Both the position numbers and the translations under genes were made by a program. DNA of 64,000 bases from Curvularia clavata (taxonomy: Eukaryota), in contig CP089281.1 in the NCBI GenBank assembly GCA_023920165.1, forward strand, positions 620,001 to 684,000. The letters are read 5' to 3'. Under the pieces are notes generated by a model. The model was not told where the DNA came from. It worked only from the letters and a program-made list of their open reading frames with translations, and did no database searches. How positions within the stretch are numbered: the stretch's first letter is position 1; the number at the start of each line of letters is the position of its first letter. Shown here in pieces: positions 1 to 12,722 of the stretch.

Positions 1-235
1 TGACTGACTGATGTTTTGTTTCTTGCTTTTGTGGCATCTTGATACAGAGGTATAGTTGATGTGTTCAACTACGAGGTTCGTTATCACATCACGTGAAATT
101 CTCCTTATCGTGCTGTACCATGGCGCGAACGCGAAGTACCAGCTTCCTACACTGCAGACCAAAAACCCACAACGAATAGATTCTCTTACCATTTCAACCC
201 AAAAAACATGCCCACGTATGCTCGTGGTCTAAATA

Positions 236-2080
236 ATGGCCGAACCCCTCACTCGCAAGACTCCCTGCAGTCACGCAATTCAACCCTTAGTCCTCCTTCT
301 CATCCTAATCCATCTCTCCACAGTCCTCTATACGCTCCCGCTTAACCGCGTAATCGAGCTGCGTCTATGTCAGGAGCACTACTCACGACATGATCCATCT
401 GTTGTGCGCCCAGATGGCTCGGTACCAGAGGCGCTGTGTAAGATCGATGACGTGCAGCGGGGGCTGGCGTGGCTACAGGGCATTATGGAGACGACGGCGG
501 TGGTGTGTGGTACGTGTGACGGTGTTTGCTTTTCTCTTTTATGTGGATTCTTTTTTGAGGGAATGGTGTAGAATATGGGTTGATGTAGAGAGGAGGCTAA
601 TGTCAAGTGTGTAGATTTTTTAGTCACAATACCTTTTGCCTTTGTAGCTGAGAGGTGGGGAGTCAGAGTTGTGCTTTGGTGCAATGTGCTGCCGAGGATT
701 GGCATGAGTGTATGGGCGGTCGTGGTGGGTACGTGTGCTTACCGTCGTTTGTTACTTCTTATGCCTTTTGGATTTTCTAAATGTTGCGTCAGGTAATTTC
801 CCACATGTCCTTCCCACCAAGGCGATTATTGCGGGCCCATTCCTCAATGTCCTTGGTGGAGAATGTGTCTTCCAATCGACCATATTTACTCTTACTTCAG
901 CCCTGGCTGGTGAATATGTACAGCGGTAAGTGTCCTGTCACTTTTTGTGTGGAGTAGACGAGACTGATCTTATAGGGCATCGTACTTTTCATATATCAGC
1001 TCAACATCATACGTTGTTTCTTTCCTAGGGCCAACTCTAGCTGCATTCACCATGAGCAGGAGACTCTGGTTGCCGTTCTGGATTAACATATGCCTCTTAC
1101 TTTGTGCCATACCTACTATCGGATCGCTTCCCCGCGTTGCAAAAGTACCTACTGTGTACACGCTACCAGAAAGTGATCATCAGGAAACCAACGAGGAGGC
1201 TGGGCCATTGCTCCCGGGTAGACGTGCCAGCTCAGATGGGCACACTAATGAATTTGAAATACAGCCCACCATTGTTCAGAGTATTGTACACGCGATGCGT
1301 AGGGTAAGGCGTTTAGTCACAGGACGTAGGAAGTTTCAGGTGCTTCTGTGCTCGTTCTTCCTCACAGCGCTTGCAAGTTCAGACACGAAACTTCTTGTGC
1401 AATACATTTCGAAGCGATATGAATGGACATTTGCTCAGGTAAGTGCCTTCACAACTGAACGAAAACCTTCAATTGCTTACCTCATGTCACTGTTCAGGCA
1501 GGCTATATGCTCTCTGCAAAAGCAATAGTGAATTTTACTTTGCTGGCTATCGTGGTACCTCGCATCATTCGGACCTCAATGTCGTCAAGAACTATCCACG
1601 GCTCCGAAGTGCGTCTCAATATTCTCGGCGCGGAACTCAGCATTGCGATTTCCGTGGTCGGTGTACTGTGTGTTGCATTAGCCTTCAAGTTTTGGATGTT
1701 GCTTGTTGGTAAGTGGAGACGACAGCGACAGTAAATGGGAGGCAAGCTGACGTTCATAGCTCTGATCATATACGCACTTGGCTCAGCGCTCCCAGTCTTT
1801 ACCATGTCGCTGGTGAAGTCGTCGCTCATTGCACTGGCACACTCGGACGTCCAAGACTTCAGCATAATAATGCTAATCAAGACATTGGGATCCTTGGTTG
1901 GCGCTCCTTTGATGACTGTTCTCTGGGTGCAAGCCATCAAACTTGGAGGTGGATTTGTCGGTTTGCCATATTTTGTGTCTGCAGTAAGTGAACACGCTAA
2001 AAGATCAAGCAACATACTGATCCGTTACAAAGTGCATATATCTTGTTGCGGCATGGGTTACTGCACGCTTACGGAACTAG
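236..2080 (+). CDS. MFS-type multi-pass membrane transporter, 7 exons (introns 510-614, 729-792, 926-975, 1439-1497, 1709-1759, 1984-2032)
   Basis: Splicing at GT..AG introns joins the hydrophobic ORF fragments into one frame ending at TAG 2078-2080. It has the N-terminal luminal loop C-x(~20)-CK-x3-VQ and the LLVQYISKRYEW motif typical of a fungal MFS subfamily. Confidence 0.8.
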
Positions 2081-2123
2081 GAAAAATATCCTTGATCAAA
2101 ATGAAAAGGTGCATGTAGACTAC

Positions 2124-5100
2124 CTAGCGCTTCTTGTCGGCGTGATTTGCCACCACTACCAGAAAAATAGCACAAACCGCCGTGATCCATGAGCTGACGC
2201 CAAAAGCTCCCTGAATATCCAATTTAAATCGGGACCAGAGAATGCCGAAGAGCAGACTGGCAACAATGAGAAGAATTAGAGCAGCCCACATGATCATATC
2301 GTGATCCCAGTCTTCCTGGTAGTAGACACCCCATCCCTCTATAGCCTCCCCGGTCTGCCCTTGAAGTTTACCGCACGTACGCTTCGGCAATTGATTCAAG
2401 ATGAAAGTGTCATCTTCATCCATATCCGTAGGGCAGGTAATCAAGCCCGACAGCCACTCGGGTGGGATCGGCGGAGTTGTTTTTGGTGGCACAGGACGGC
2501 AGCGGTACTCTGCACCAGGCGAGGGCTCCACTTTGGATACAGGTGGTAGGCATTCACACAGCATTGATGCTGAAGAAGCGGCAGCACAATACCGTTCATG
2601 GTGGCCTACAATCACCTTGCCGCCCTTGGTGAGCCAAAATTTAACCAAATGCAGTCCTTTAATGCTCTTTAGAGAAACCATGCGAAGGATGCTACCACGA
2701 TGGCAAACGTACTGCCTTCGCAAAAAGCATAGGAGTGTTCGGTCTGTTGTAACGTTCTCCAGGGGATCTTGGATGAGGCCCACATATCCTCGGTCGCGAT
2801 GCATACAGGAAAGAAGACGAGGCGTGTTCTGTTGAGGAGCATTGTTGTTCGGAGTAGATGAAGCATTGCCACTCGATATAGATGAAGCATTGCTATTTGA
2901 GGTAGACGAAGTATTGCAATTCGAGGTACATGAGGCGTTGTTACTAGAGGTAGTCGAAGCATTTGCATGGCATTGGGTATTGTATTGTGGGAGCAACGTC
3001 GATAGCTGAGTAGCCCTGCTCATAGCCGCGCAGATCTTTCTCCCAGCATTCTGTATCGATTGTACTGGGTGCGGGGCGATATATTGCTGCACACTGTTCT
3101 GCTGGTCATAGGAGGACACATGCACCTTAACTCCAGAGGTACGCTGCATGTGGCCTGTGAGCTCGGATATACCGCCTGCACGAAGCTCTAAAACATCACT
3201 GTACAAATGATCGCCACAACTCTGTTCATTGTTAGGGTTCTGTTTATAGCTGACGGAAAGTAAACTGAATGGTAGTACATACGCATCGCCATCGAAGACG
3301 AGTTAATCCGGGTTTCAGCGCTGGTTCTAGTTGACCTAGAGTAATCAAAATACCATCTGTTGCTAACATGAATGCGTCGGTAAAGAGAAGCATCAGGGAA
3401 TTGGTGGTTTTCGTTATGCTTGTGTCTCGGAACAGTCCATCGATTGTTTGCTTTACGTCTTCGATCCAGTTTTCCCAGGTCAAGGACATTCTTGCCTGTG
3501 CAGCTGACATTATATAACACTGTTGCAATGCATCCTTTGATGGTAGTTTTTCGTTCTCCATGGTATTCGCATCTACTGTTTGCGTCGATTTGCCCGTTAC
3601 AAAGACTTGCACCTGCATGTGCAGATTTTGGAACGCTTCGCTCTTGACTAAAAATTCGCGGAAAACCTCAAGATCTTCAAAGGCCTCCTCATTCACGGGA
3701 TATGCCCCAGAACTCTCATCACCGTCTTCTTCGGAGCTCTCATCTTTGTGCTCAACATTCGAAGCCAGATGAGTCACTTGAGCTGTTTGTAACTTCTCAA
3801 CGATGGAGTCTGCCAAGAGACCAGACTTCATCATTACAAGTCGAGACGTCAGAAACTCAAGTCTCTCTTTGGCTTCGCTCTCCAGTTGTTTCGAATAAGC
3901 TTTGAACATTCGACGCAAGTTCCTTCGTAGCCGGTCTGGTCCAATATGAGGGTTGTTCATCGCATTTTCGTACAATCGCAAAAATGAAGTATCCTCCTGA
4001 AAGACCGAGAGAAGCACCTTAGTGGCCGATGCAATTTGCACAGTGGAATAACCACTGCTATGAGACAGATCAGTCGCTGAGGATGCTAGAGACCCCACTG
4101 AAAATACTGAAGCCACTGAAGAAGCATATGAGGGCGAAACTGGGATTGTTTCTGGATATAATTGGTCTATCTCAGCGTCCCCGCCTTTGAAAGAATTCGC
4201 ATTCGTGAGACTGGTTCGCTCATTGTTGCTCACTTGACGCAAGCTTGGAGGTCTGAAGAGTATGTCCATCTCAGGAGGTGTTGTTGTGTTCATAGGAACC
4301 TCATCAACGAGATTCCCAAGATAGAAAAGTTCTGAATGGTCCTTCTCGTAGTGCTTACGGCGTGTGTCTGGCCGTGCGTATATACGACTACAATTTTCAA
4401 CTGCGCATCTATAGGACCGAGGATGATGAGGATGATGATATTGGCGTCTATGTCTCCCCAAATGTCCTTTTGCATGTTTTCCTCTAAAGGTAAGAGAGCA
4501 ATTAGGACAGCGTATGGGCTCATAAAGCGAGCTCACTGCGGCCGTTGAGATTGTCGAATCGGGAGAACGGGAGCTACCTTCAATTGACGTAAAGTAGGAC
4601 ACACTTTCCAGTTCTTTTTGGCCTCGACTACTCCTCGTGTTTGGATCATTCATAGCAAGCGGCCGCTCCACGATTTTCTGGTTGTTATTGGCTGCAGCGA
4701 AATGGAGTGAAGTAGTAGAGCTCTCACCATTTTCGTTCATCTCTGCATCTCTTTCAAGCAGCAGCTTTACACCTGCCTCGTGGCCAGAAAATGAAGATCT
4801 TTGAGACGCGCTGCCGTGTTGTCCATCCTGTGCATTCACATCGGCTCCCTTTTGAGCTTCATTCTCAGCCAGCACCATGCGTGTATTAAGATCTTCTATT
4901 TCTTCATCGGAGCTAGGCGGAAAGAGAACATTGTAATCAATTTCCATCTTGAGAAGTTTGTTGAGTTCATTAATGACGTCATCATCAAAGGTATAAATCC
5001 CTCTAGGACTGTCTGGCTGACTCTCTGAGTTGTGTTGATCTCTCCTGGAGGTATCCAAGTTCTGAAGTCCGGGCGAAGGACAGTCGGTTTCCTCAATCAA

Positions 5101-5465
5101 TTGTCGACCAAGTGACACATCATCGGATGAAACGTTCACTTCCCATGGGATCAATAACGAATCAGCTAGATGGTAGGAGGGACCATCCTCCAATGTAGAG
5201 GCATGGGTCCGTGTTGTTGGAGTTGAAGGCCGTCTGGTGACGCTGGGTCGCTCCTCAGAATTTCTTTGTGAATTCGACGAGTCACTACTCACCATTAGAC
5301 ACCACGGCATTGATAACTGATATTTTGTTTCCGAGTTTCATTTTGATGAAATTGTGAGACGTACCCTAAATACCTTCCCTCAAGAGGTACATCTTGCGCA
5401 AGATCAGGCTGAGCATCGCGCCGAGGACGCTTCCCAATTCTTACAGAATCACTCGCCTCTGCCAT
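2124..5465 (-). CDS. Hypothetical protein with degenerate ankyrin repeats, two C2H2 zinc fingers, a Cys/Pro-rich C-terminal domain and two C-terminal TM helices; introns 5285-5364 and 3222-3282
   Basis: ORFs 3244-5310 and 2124-3206 are joined by a GTATGT..CTAAC..CAG intron (LRWRC|SCGDHLYSD). An upstream exon MAEASDS joins in frame via GTACGT..CTAAT..TAG. The start codon is less certain. Confidence 0.7.
2838..2966. repeat. Imperfect 24-bp tandem repeat (~5 units) encoding NASSTSNS-like octapeptides
   Basis: Units such as gaagcattgccactcgatatagat / gaagcattgctatttgaggtagac / gaagtattgcaattcgaggtacat. Protein NASTTSSN-NASCTSNC-NTSSTSNS-NASSISSG-NASSTPNN. Confidence 0.85.
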
Positions 5466-6494
5466 TGCTGCAACCAGTCGCACTCAGCCGATAAAGATTT
5501 TAATAAGAATGGAACGCGGCCGAACAAAGTTTCATATGGGAAGGAGCTTGACACATCCGCGAGGAAGCCGAGAGAGAGACTTTCTCAGCCTGACATATAA
5601 CCAGGCTGTGTACTTATCCGGTGTGTCCAAACACCGATAGGCGCCAGACACTGCATAGCCACCAGATGCCATGCCCCCAGACAGTAGGGCTAAATCAGCC
5701 TTGTAGCCGGAAGCTGCATGTGCATCTTGTGATACGCTGTCAGTGACATAGGTAAGCGAGCATCGTGGGCTGTGCATACGGCAGCCTTGGTAGCGATAGC
5801 CTAATGGTGAGACTTTGACATCTCAGGAGTTTGTTGAGAAGTGTATTTTCAGGAGTACGACGACAAACTGAGGAAGATGTACAAGCTTTTGCAGGAACAA
5901 AACCAGTGGCCGTTTCAGGAAAACACAGAGTCAGAAGCAATGATCATTTCAGACCACATGCAAGCTAAACGTCGCTTCCCCATTGTCCCCTACAAAACAT
6001 CGTAAAAGGAAGTTGCACACCGACCCCAACCACTGGATTCAAAGCATTTTTCTCTGTACAGTATAGCAACGATACAATTAGACATTTTCAACCCGACAAG
6101 CTAAGTTACCTCGTCTACTTATCCAGAATGCTCGAATGTACATTTACCTCTGCTACCCCCTACTATTCTTCGCCCATATATACAATACTCCACCCACACG
6201 ACTCCGTGCCTCGTCGAAAATAAGAGACATGCTAAAAGGCGTAAACTATGCAACTGATATATAAACCCCGTGCGCACCAGCCCATCTCTCTATGACAAGT
6301 ACTGTAACCTCGTAGAATTCGTTTAGGTGTGGGGTAAATGAATGAACGATCGCTTTTCTCTGCTTCTGAAGGGACTGAAAAAATGGCAATACAGAAACAC
6401 CAATCAGGAATGCTGAAGTTATTTAGCATCTAAATCAGCAGACAAAAGTAATATAGATGGTATTGTAATTAAGAAAGTTAGGTAATCAACGTCG

Positions 6495-7843
6495 TCACCG
6501 CAGTGGTGATGGTGTGCGCCCCTCGACAGGCGTTGGCTCCGTGGTGATTTGTATGCTGGGTAGGCGCTCGAGGTCGAGGTTCAAAGCAGGTAATTGTGGT
6601 GCCCCAGTGGTAACGGGACTTTCGTAGTTGGGTGGGTCTTCGTATGCGGGGGCTTCTTCTGCTGGTATGTCTACGTGTGGTGATGGTGCGCTGCTGCCGC
6701 TGTGACTTCTTTCTGGGTTCAGAGGAATTACTTCGAAGCCCTCGCTATTGCTATTCGAGTGTGCTTGCGAGTTGGTACGTGAGGCGTCGGCAAAGTCGTA
6801 GTCGTCGGATCCATGAGACGAGATAGATTGGGTAAGAGAGGTTACGGAGAGGCCGCGTTGGTGTGTGTCGTTGGTGTAGCCACGCGACCGACCTTGGCTG
6901 GCGAAAGAAGCGGCAGAGTCGAGCAAGGGACGGTTATCGCTCTCTGAGGAGTTTGCGCGCAGACGTGTACCATCGTGTCTTGCAACACCCAGGTCGCCAT
7001 AGGCTACGGACGAGACTCGTTGCTCGCGGCTTCGTTGTCTGGCTTGGTGCTCTGCGATGAGCATTTGTGATACCGAGAGATCTGCTGCCTCTTCTGCTCT
7101 TCGTCGAATGTCTGCGAGTGCTTGGACGTCGCCTCGTGCGCGCGCTTCTCTCCGTGCTTGTCGGCGTGCCTCTCGCTCCGCTGCTTCAACCCGCCGTGCC
7201 AGTCGTATTTGGTACAACGACTCCATCTCTTCCTCCCGTTGCATTTCTTCTTCATCTAGCGTCTCCGGAAGCTCAATCACGTTGTCCATTCCTGCTCGTT
7301 CGCCCTCGCGTCCCAACACTCTTTCGTTCTCCCTCGCGGCGGAGGAGTATGCGGGTAGCGTCATGACGCTGCGAATCGAGGTATTTCGATCAACACCGTT
7401 GGTGCGGGTGCCGCCGATTTGCCTCTCAGGATCTGCTGCTCCTGCGCCACTCATCTCGCCGCTTGCTCGACTGGAGCTTCCGCGGTATTCGGTATCCTGT
7501 AGACTCGTGGAGTAGCCATTGCGATGCGGTCGCTTGCGGAAGTTCTTCCACGAGAACAACGACGGTAGCTTGTCTTTCTGTGTTTGTTGTGCTTTGCGGG
7601 TGTTGGCGCGGAATCTGCGGTTGACGAGGTATGTGATTACGAGTATAGTAAAGACGACTATTACAATGATGCTAACCTAGATGTCAAAGGTCAGCCAGTG
7701 TAGACTCGGGCGAAGTGGTTGTGTTGCAGCAGGCGGGCAAGGCTAGGAGGGACTCAACATACAACAACATACGTCCGGGTCTGCTTGTCCATGTCTCGTT
7801 TCTCCATAGAGTCGCGTCTGGCATGCTGTGTAGGCAACAACAT
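6495..7843 (-). CDS. Hypothetical single-pass membrane protein with cytoplasmic coiled coil; intron 7677-7762
   Basis: Exon 1 (MLLPTQH..TYVV) splices via GTATGT..GCTGAC..TAG to a hydrophobic segment (VSIIVIVVFTILVITYLV) followed by basic residues, in frame with ORF 6495-7559 (SIRSVMTLPAY motif, R/E/A coiled coil). Confidence 0.8.
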
Positions 7844-8706
7844 GGTGCCAGTTTGACCCTGTAACCGGCCCGACCCCAGACGTCAAATGTCAACCAAGAA
7901 GCGTCAACGAAGCTTTGTTTTTGGGGATGAGATCACTTGTCCCCGAGTAAGGTGGATCGGCAAGGCCCCAGGCGTCGGTCTTGTTTCGCACTAGGAGATG
8001 TCGAGCCGTTGTGTCGAAACGTCTAGGCAAGCGTCAAGAAGGCTGTGTCTGTGGTTAGGACGCCAGGCGGTAGAGGTGTTTGGGATAGGAGCAAATGAAT
8101 GGCAGTGGGGGGAAAGGTGCAGACTATGTTCTGGGCTGCGCCCGGCTACGGCTGGCTGACGATTGACGCGCAGACGCAGTGGTGGGTGATTGGAAGCGGT
8201 GGCCAGGGGCCTGTGGCTGGGGTCCTTGGGTGCGAGACTAAGGAGAAGGCTGCGTGTACCAGCTCCAGGTCCACGACGACCGAGGACTTTGATGAATCTC
8301 TGAGCGGGGTTTTTGCATCACCAGCGCAACCACCGACTTTACGTACAGACAGACGCCTACGACTAGATTTCTCACATCAGCAGTGCGAGGCAGAGCCTAG
8401 GCCTGTCATGTCCAAAGGCCTGTTGCTATTTTGGGGCGCTCGCGGATTAGGGATGTGCTAGCGCCGGATTCTGATTGGACCTCGTCTTGCCCAAACGTCA
8501 GTGTTCACATGTGCTTCGCGCCTCGGTTTACTTTGTGTGGCACAGTCGATCCTACTTGTATGTACTTGTGGCTGTGGATTGTGTAAGAGGAGGGTATGGT
8601 ATGCACTTTCATCTATCCAAAGCCGTTACTCGGTCATGCGACTACGCTTGCTAAAAGGCTGCGAAATAAAGGTTCAAAAAAAAAACATGGCGCGCTCATA
8701 GGTTCA

Positions 8707-10215
8707 TCAAAACTTCTTGTCCAACTTTTTCAAGAAACTTCCAATGCCCTTCTCCACTTTGTCTACCCGTTTACCAATGTTGGAATTGCGTGGCCCATGC
8801 GCATGGTCATGATCCGCAGTGGCTTCCACTTCGGTTGGCCTGTAGAGCTGCTGGTGTATGCTCTGCGCTTGGATTTGTGCCTGTCCTTGTGCCGCGGTGC
8901 TACCGTACTGGAATTGTGAATAGCCGGGAGAAGCCATTGGCTGGTATTGTTGAGGAGGGAAGCCTGGCGAAGGTACGGCCGAATGGGTCGGAGGAGACTG
9001 AGGAGCCGGAGGAAAGCCGGGAGAGCTGGGATAGTTGGCGTACTGCTGGACAGGCATGGTTGAAGTTCGGTTCAATGCTGGCGGAGGGGGGGTATTGTTG
9101 ACTTGGCCTGGGGGAGGAGCCGACGGTGGCGGTGCAAATGAAGGCGGGCTCTGGGGTGCACTTGGTATTGATCCTGCAGTGTTTGTACGCTGCACACCTG
9201 GTGGGCCAGTGAAGCCCTGTCCTGGGGCAGGCGGTCCAGGGAAGTATGCTCCTGATGTTGGTTGAGGAGCAAACGAGGTTTGCAACGGGTTGCCATACTG
9301 TGCAACATGCTGATCGTGCGCAGCAGCTGCCCCAAGGCCAGTTCCATTGCTGGCATCTTCTGGTGGCGGCGTCTTTTCGCGGTGAGCAATGGGCTCAGGT
9401 GCAGCCGGCGCAGCAGGGTTGTACGCCATCGGGGCATAGTTGGGCGGTTGCTCGTTTGGAGGGGGAGATGTCGGTGCGGGAGCCGTTGGAGGCCCAGGGA
9501 ACGATTGCGTGGTGCTGATACTTGGGCTGCGGCTGTTGTGTGATATCGCTGCATTCTCCAACCTTGCGATGACAGGGCTCAACGCATCATTCTTGTGTTC
9601 TGAATGTGTTGGGGTGGCGCTGGGATTGCGAACAATTTGCAGTTGGTGTGGTTGCAGCACTCTCCGGATAGAGTCTAGAAAGAGGCCTGCGTCGTCTTGT
9701 GTCCAAAAGTACATGTCTACTGTATGCAGCCTGTACATGTATTTGCCCTGGTTCGAGGGGTCAGGCGTAGGAAGATGCCATTGCGACATGTCCTGATGGG
9801 GGCTTGCGGTCCCATTCTGGCTTTGGAATGCGTCGACTGTGAGTGTGAACAAACACGGGTGCTTGTATGTTTGCTCAATCTTCACTGTGTCCAGTTCTAT
9901 GCAGCAACCAACATTAGCCTTGCGCCATGCAGAGGACGTCTTTGCGCGAGTACTTACGTCCGGCAAAAGCGTCTTGGTTCGGAGTGCCTGCATGGTTTGC
10001 TATTTCTATGCGCCCGCTTTGGCGCATAGGGTTGTGGTAGAGATAGACATAGGAGCCTTTGTCAAAGCGGTGGTGCGGGGGGCTCTGGGTAGGTGGGGAG
10101 ATGTAGTAGTGTACATCTGCGAAGCTATCGGGAAAGTCAGAAAAGACGCGGTCTTGTAGAGGAGATACAGCACTCACAGTGTCAAGAGCGACACTTCCCC
10201 TTGCTGTGGAGGCAT
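8707..10215 (-). CDS. Conserved fungal hypothetical protein (globular N-terminal domain, Pro-rich C-terminal half); introns 10125-10177 and 9897-9957
   Basis: The spliced frame reads MPPQQGEVSLLTLFADVHYY..HHRFDKGSYVYLY..AFAG|QLD.. with canonical GTGAGT/GTAAGT donors and branch sites. It ends GIGSFLKKLDKKF. Confidence 0.8.
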
Positions 10216-10718
10216 CTTGTCAGTGCAGAGATGTGATTAATCGGGCGTCCAAGATAGCTGACAGCCCAAGAGGCGGGGGGATGCAGTAAGACGACAGATT
10301 GTTAGCACTCAGGGCAAACATGGAGTGAGCAAAGGCATATATAGGGCGCAAGGCTGGCATATAAGCGGACCATAGCTCCCGCCAACAGCTGCGTAGGCTT
10401 CTATTTGTGTCGCCCTCGAAGCGCCCGCCTACTAGTGGGGGTGTTTAGTAGGCGCTGGCCAGCTTCCATCGAATCGCAGTCGCCGAGGGCCGCTCCACCC
10501 GTGACTTTGCGGACCTCCGAGCCAATCCAGAAATTTGCGGCATCAACCACCTACGACACCACCACGCGCAATTGAGTCGAGCTGCTGCATCGAGCGCCGC
10601 CGCCAGCCCATTTTGCTATCCGCACAGTCGGTTGTCTGTAAAATACAAACCACCCGGACCATCGTGCCTACCCGTTGTCGCAGCCCATCGAGGGCAAAAT
10701 CCCATCACCACCGCCGAC

Positions 10719-11324
10719 ATGTCTCTCGTCAACCTAGCACATGTGTGCTCGCACATGCAGAATGCGTCCAAAGCTCGCCTCGGACTGACGTCAATACCCG
10801 TCTCTAAAATGCATGTCAAGATTGCGCTTGGCCTGCAGCGCGAAGGCTTCCTCTCTTCTGTGACACTCGGCGGACCGACACCACCGAAGCCTTTTCTTCT
10901 ACAAGCGCAACAAGACCCCGAACAACTGGAACAAATGGCACAGAAGCTCAAAGAGGAGCCCTGGCTTGCATACTCGCTCAACAGCCCACAGGGCACCAAG
11001 GAGAAGGCACCCCTAGGCGAAGAGCAGGTCTACGACGTACACGTACCAGAAAACCCAGCACGGAGGAGATTGTGGCTAGGTCTGAAGTACTGGCAAAACG
11101 AGCCGGTGCTGAAGAACATGAAGCTCATTTCAAAGCCCACACGGCGGATATGGTTGACAAGCGAAGATCTGGGCAAAATCACAAGGACACGCGAGTCGAG
11201 CTACGTAAAGGGACTTACACACCCTGGAGAGTGCATGTTCATTACGACAGACCGGGGTATTCTAGAGGCAAGAGAGTGTGTAGAGCGGCGACTGGGCGGC
11301 ATGGCGCTTTTCAGAGTGTGGTAG
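10719..11324 (+). CDS. MRPS8: Mitochondrial small-subunit ribosomal protein S8 (uS8m)
   Basis: MSLVNLAHVCSHMQNAS start, RRLWLGLKY, ISKPTRRI and TDRGILEAREC..GG are fungal uS8m motifs. Intronless; the real start is the internal ATG at 10719. Confidence 0.93.
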   Translation: MSLVNLAHVCSHMQNASKARLGLTSIPVSKMHVKIALGLQREGFLSSVTLGGPTPPKPFLLQAQQDPEQLEQMAQKLKEEPWLAYSLNSPQGTKEKAPLGEEQVYDVHVPENPARRRLWLGLKYWQNEPVLKNMKLISKPTRRIWLTSEDLGKITRTRESSYVKGLTHPGECMFITTDRGILEARECVERRLGGMALFRVW

Positions 11325-12059
11325 TGGGCATGGCTATGCATTTGTAACAGACTTTTGTATCAGTAACTGGGCGGAAGAGGAATCAAATATGGGGACTAGG
11401 CGTGGATTGCTATGCATCACGCACATGTACAAAGAAAACAATCATCAACTACCTTCTCATGCCACGAGCTATCAAGAGAATTTCTTACCACGAGATTCGC
11501 CCTGCCGATCATAAGACAAAATCTACCAGAAACTTTCTCTTGGAGAAAGCATTGCCCACGTGGTGTTAGTCTACTAGCGTTGTGATCGGGCTGCAGCGGT
11601 GTAGAGTGTCCAGGACTTAGGGTCGATGCGAGTCAAACGTCACCATACATGAACCACGGGTATCCTGGTTTCAGAGGCCTGTTTCTCGCATGGCGACCAG
11701 CTTGTAAAACTGACATGCTGTTGACATATGCAAAATTTAGTTTCTGTTATGTCATGTGTTTATGTGTGTGTGGAGCGCTGAAAGTTGAAATCATACTTGA
11801 GATTATGTGGCTATCTACAATAAATAAACAATGCATACGTCGACACTAGGGGATATCCTCATACAAACGTCGTAATCGTGTCGCTTCGTTCCAAATCTAG
11901 TCCAATACTCTCGGGTATTGGCTACATGATATTTCCAAGAAAATTCGTAACATTGTCACATTCCACTGCCCTATCTTCCCAAAGGCTCCATTGCCTAAAC
12001 ATTCATACTCGTAAATGTCCTGATTAATGTAAATTTCTCATATTCATGATTGCATACGC

Positions 12060-12722
12060 TCAAACAACGTAGCTGCGGCGGCTGCGGCTGCGGCTGCGGG
12101 TAGACGAGTAGCGGGGGCTACGAGAGCGGTGACCGTGACGGGATCGGTGGACTTCGCGCTTGACGACGACGCGCTCCTCACGGTGATGGCGGGAGACGAG
12201 CAGAGCCAGAAGGGAAGTGATGAAGAAGAAAATAATGTTCCTGAAGCCAGTGTTAGTGCGAGTATTACCGTCATGGTACCAAAGTACTTACATGATTCCA
12301 AAAGCCCAGGAAGCCTTGAGCATGGCACACTGACGGTTGACCTCCAAGCCCCAAGTGTTTCCAGTGACGGTGAACAAGCCCAAGTCGGCGCTGTAGACTC
12401 CCCTTCGACCCCAGTTGGAGCAGTCTGCGTCAGCGATGCCTCGGAGCGCATAGACTGCACCGATGAAGGCGCCGACGAACAAAAGGTCGACAAAGGCAAC
12501 AAACTTGGCCGAGTGCCTTGCGCGTGTGTAGAGAAAGAGAGTAGCCATGACCCATGCTGCTCCGAGCACCGATACGATGAAGAGAACCAGGATGGAGGTT
12601 GGTGTGAGAAGCTGGCGCGAGTTGTACCAATCGACGAACCAGGCCAACATGCCCAGCGTGGGTATGAGGGTGACGAACTGGAAGATGCGCCAGAAAATGA
12701 AGGACAGGCCGGAGAAGGACAT
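12060..12722 (-). CDS. MARVEL-like 4-TM membrane protein with Arg/Ser-rich tail; intron 12241-12291
   Basis: Four hydrophobic helices, a Cys pair in the loop (ADC..QCAMLKASWAFGIM|NII), a canonical intron and stop TGA at 12060. Confidence 0.82.

Noticed and set aside
10572..10718. TTG-initiated N-terminal extension of MRPS8
   Set aside because: Fungal uS8m proteins begin MSLV, and the extension shows no supporting features.
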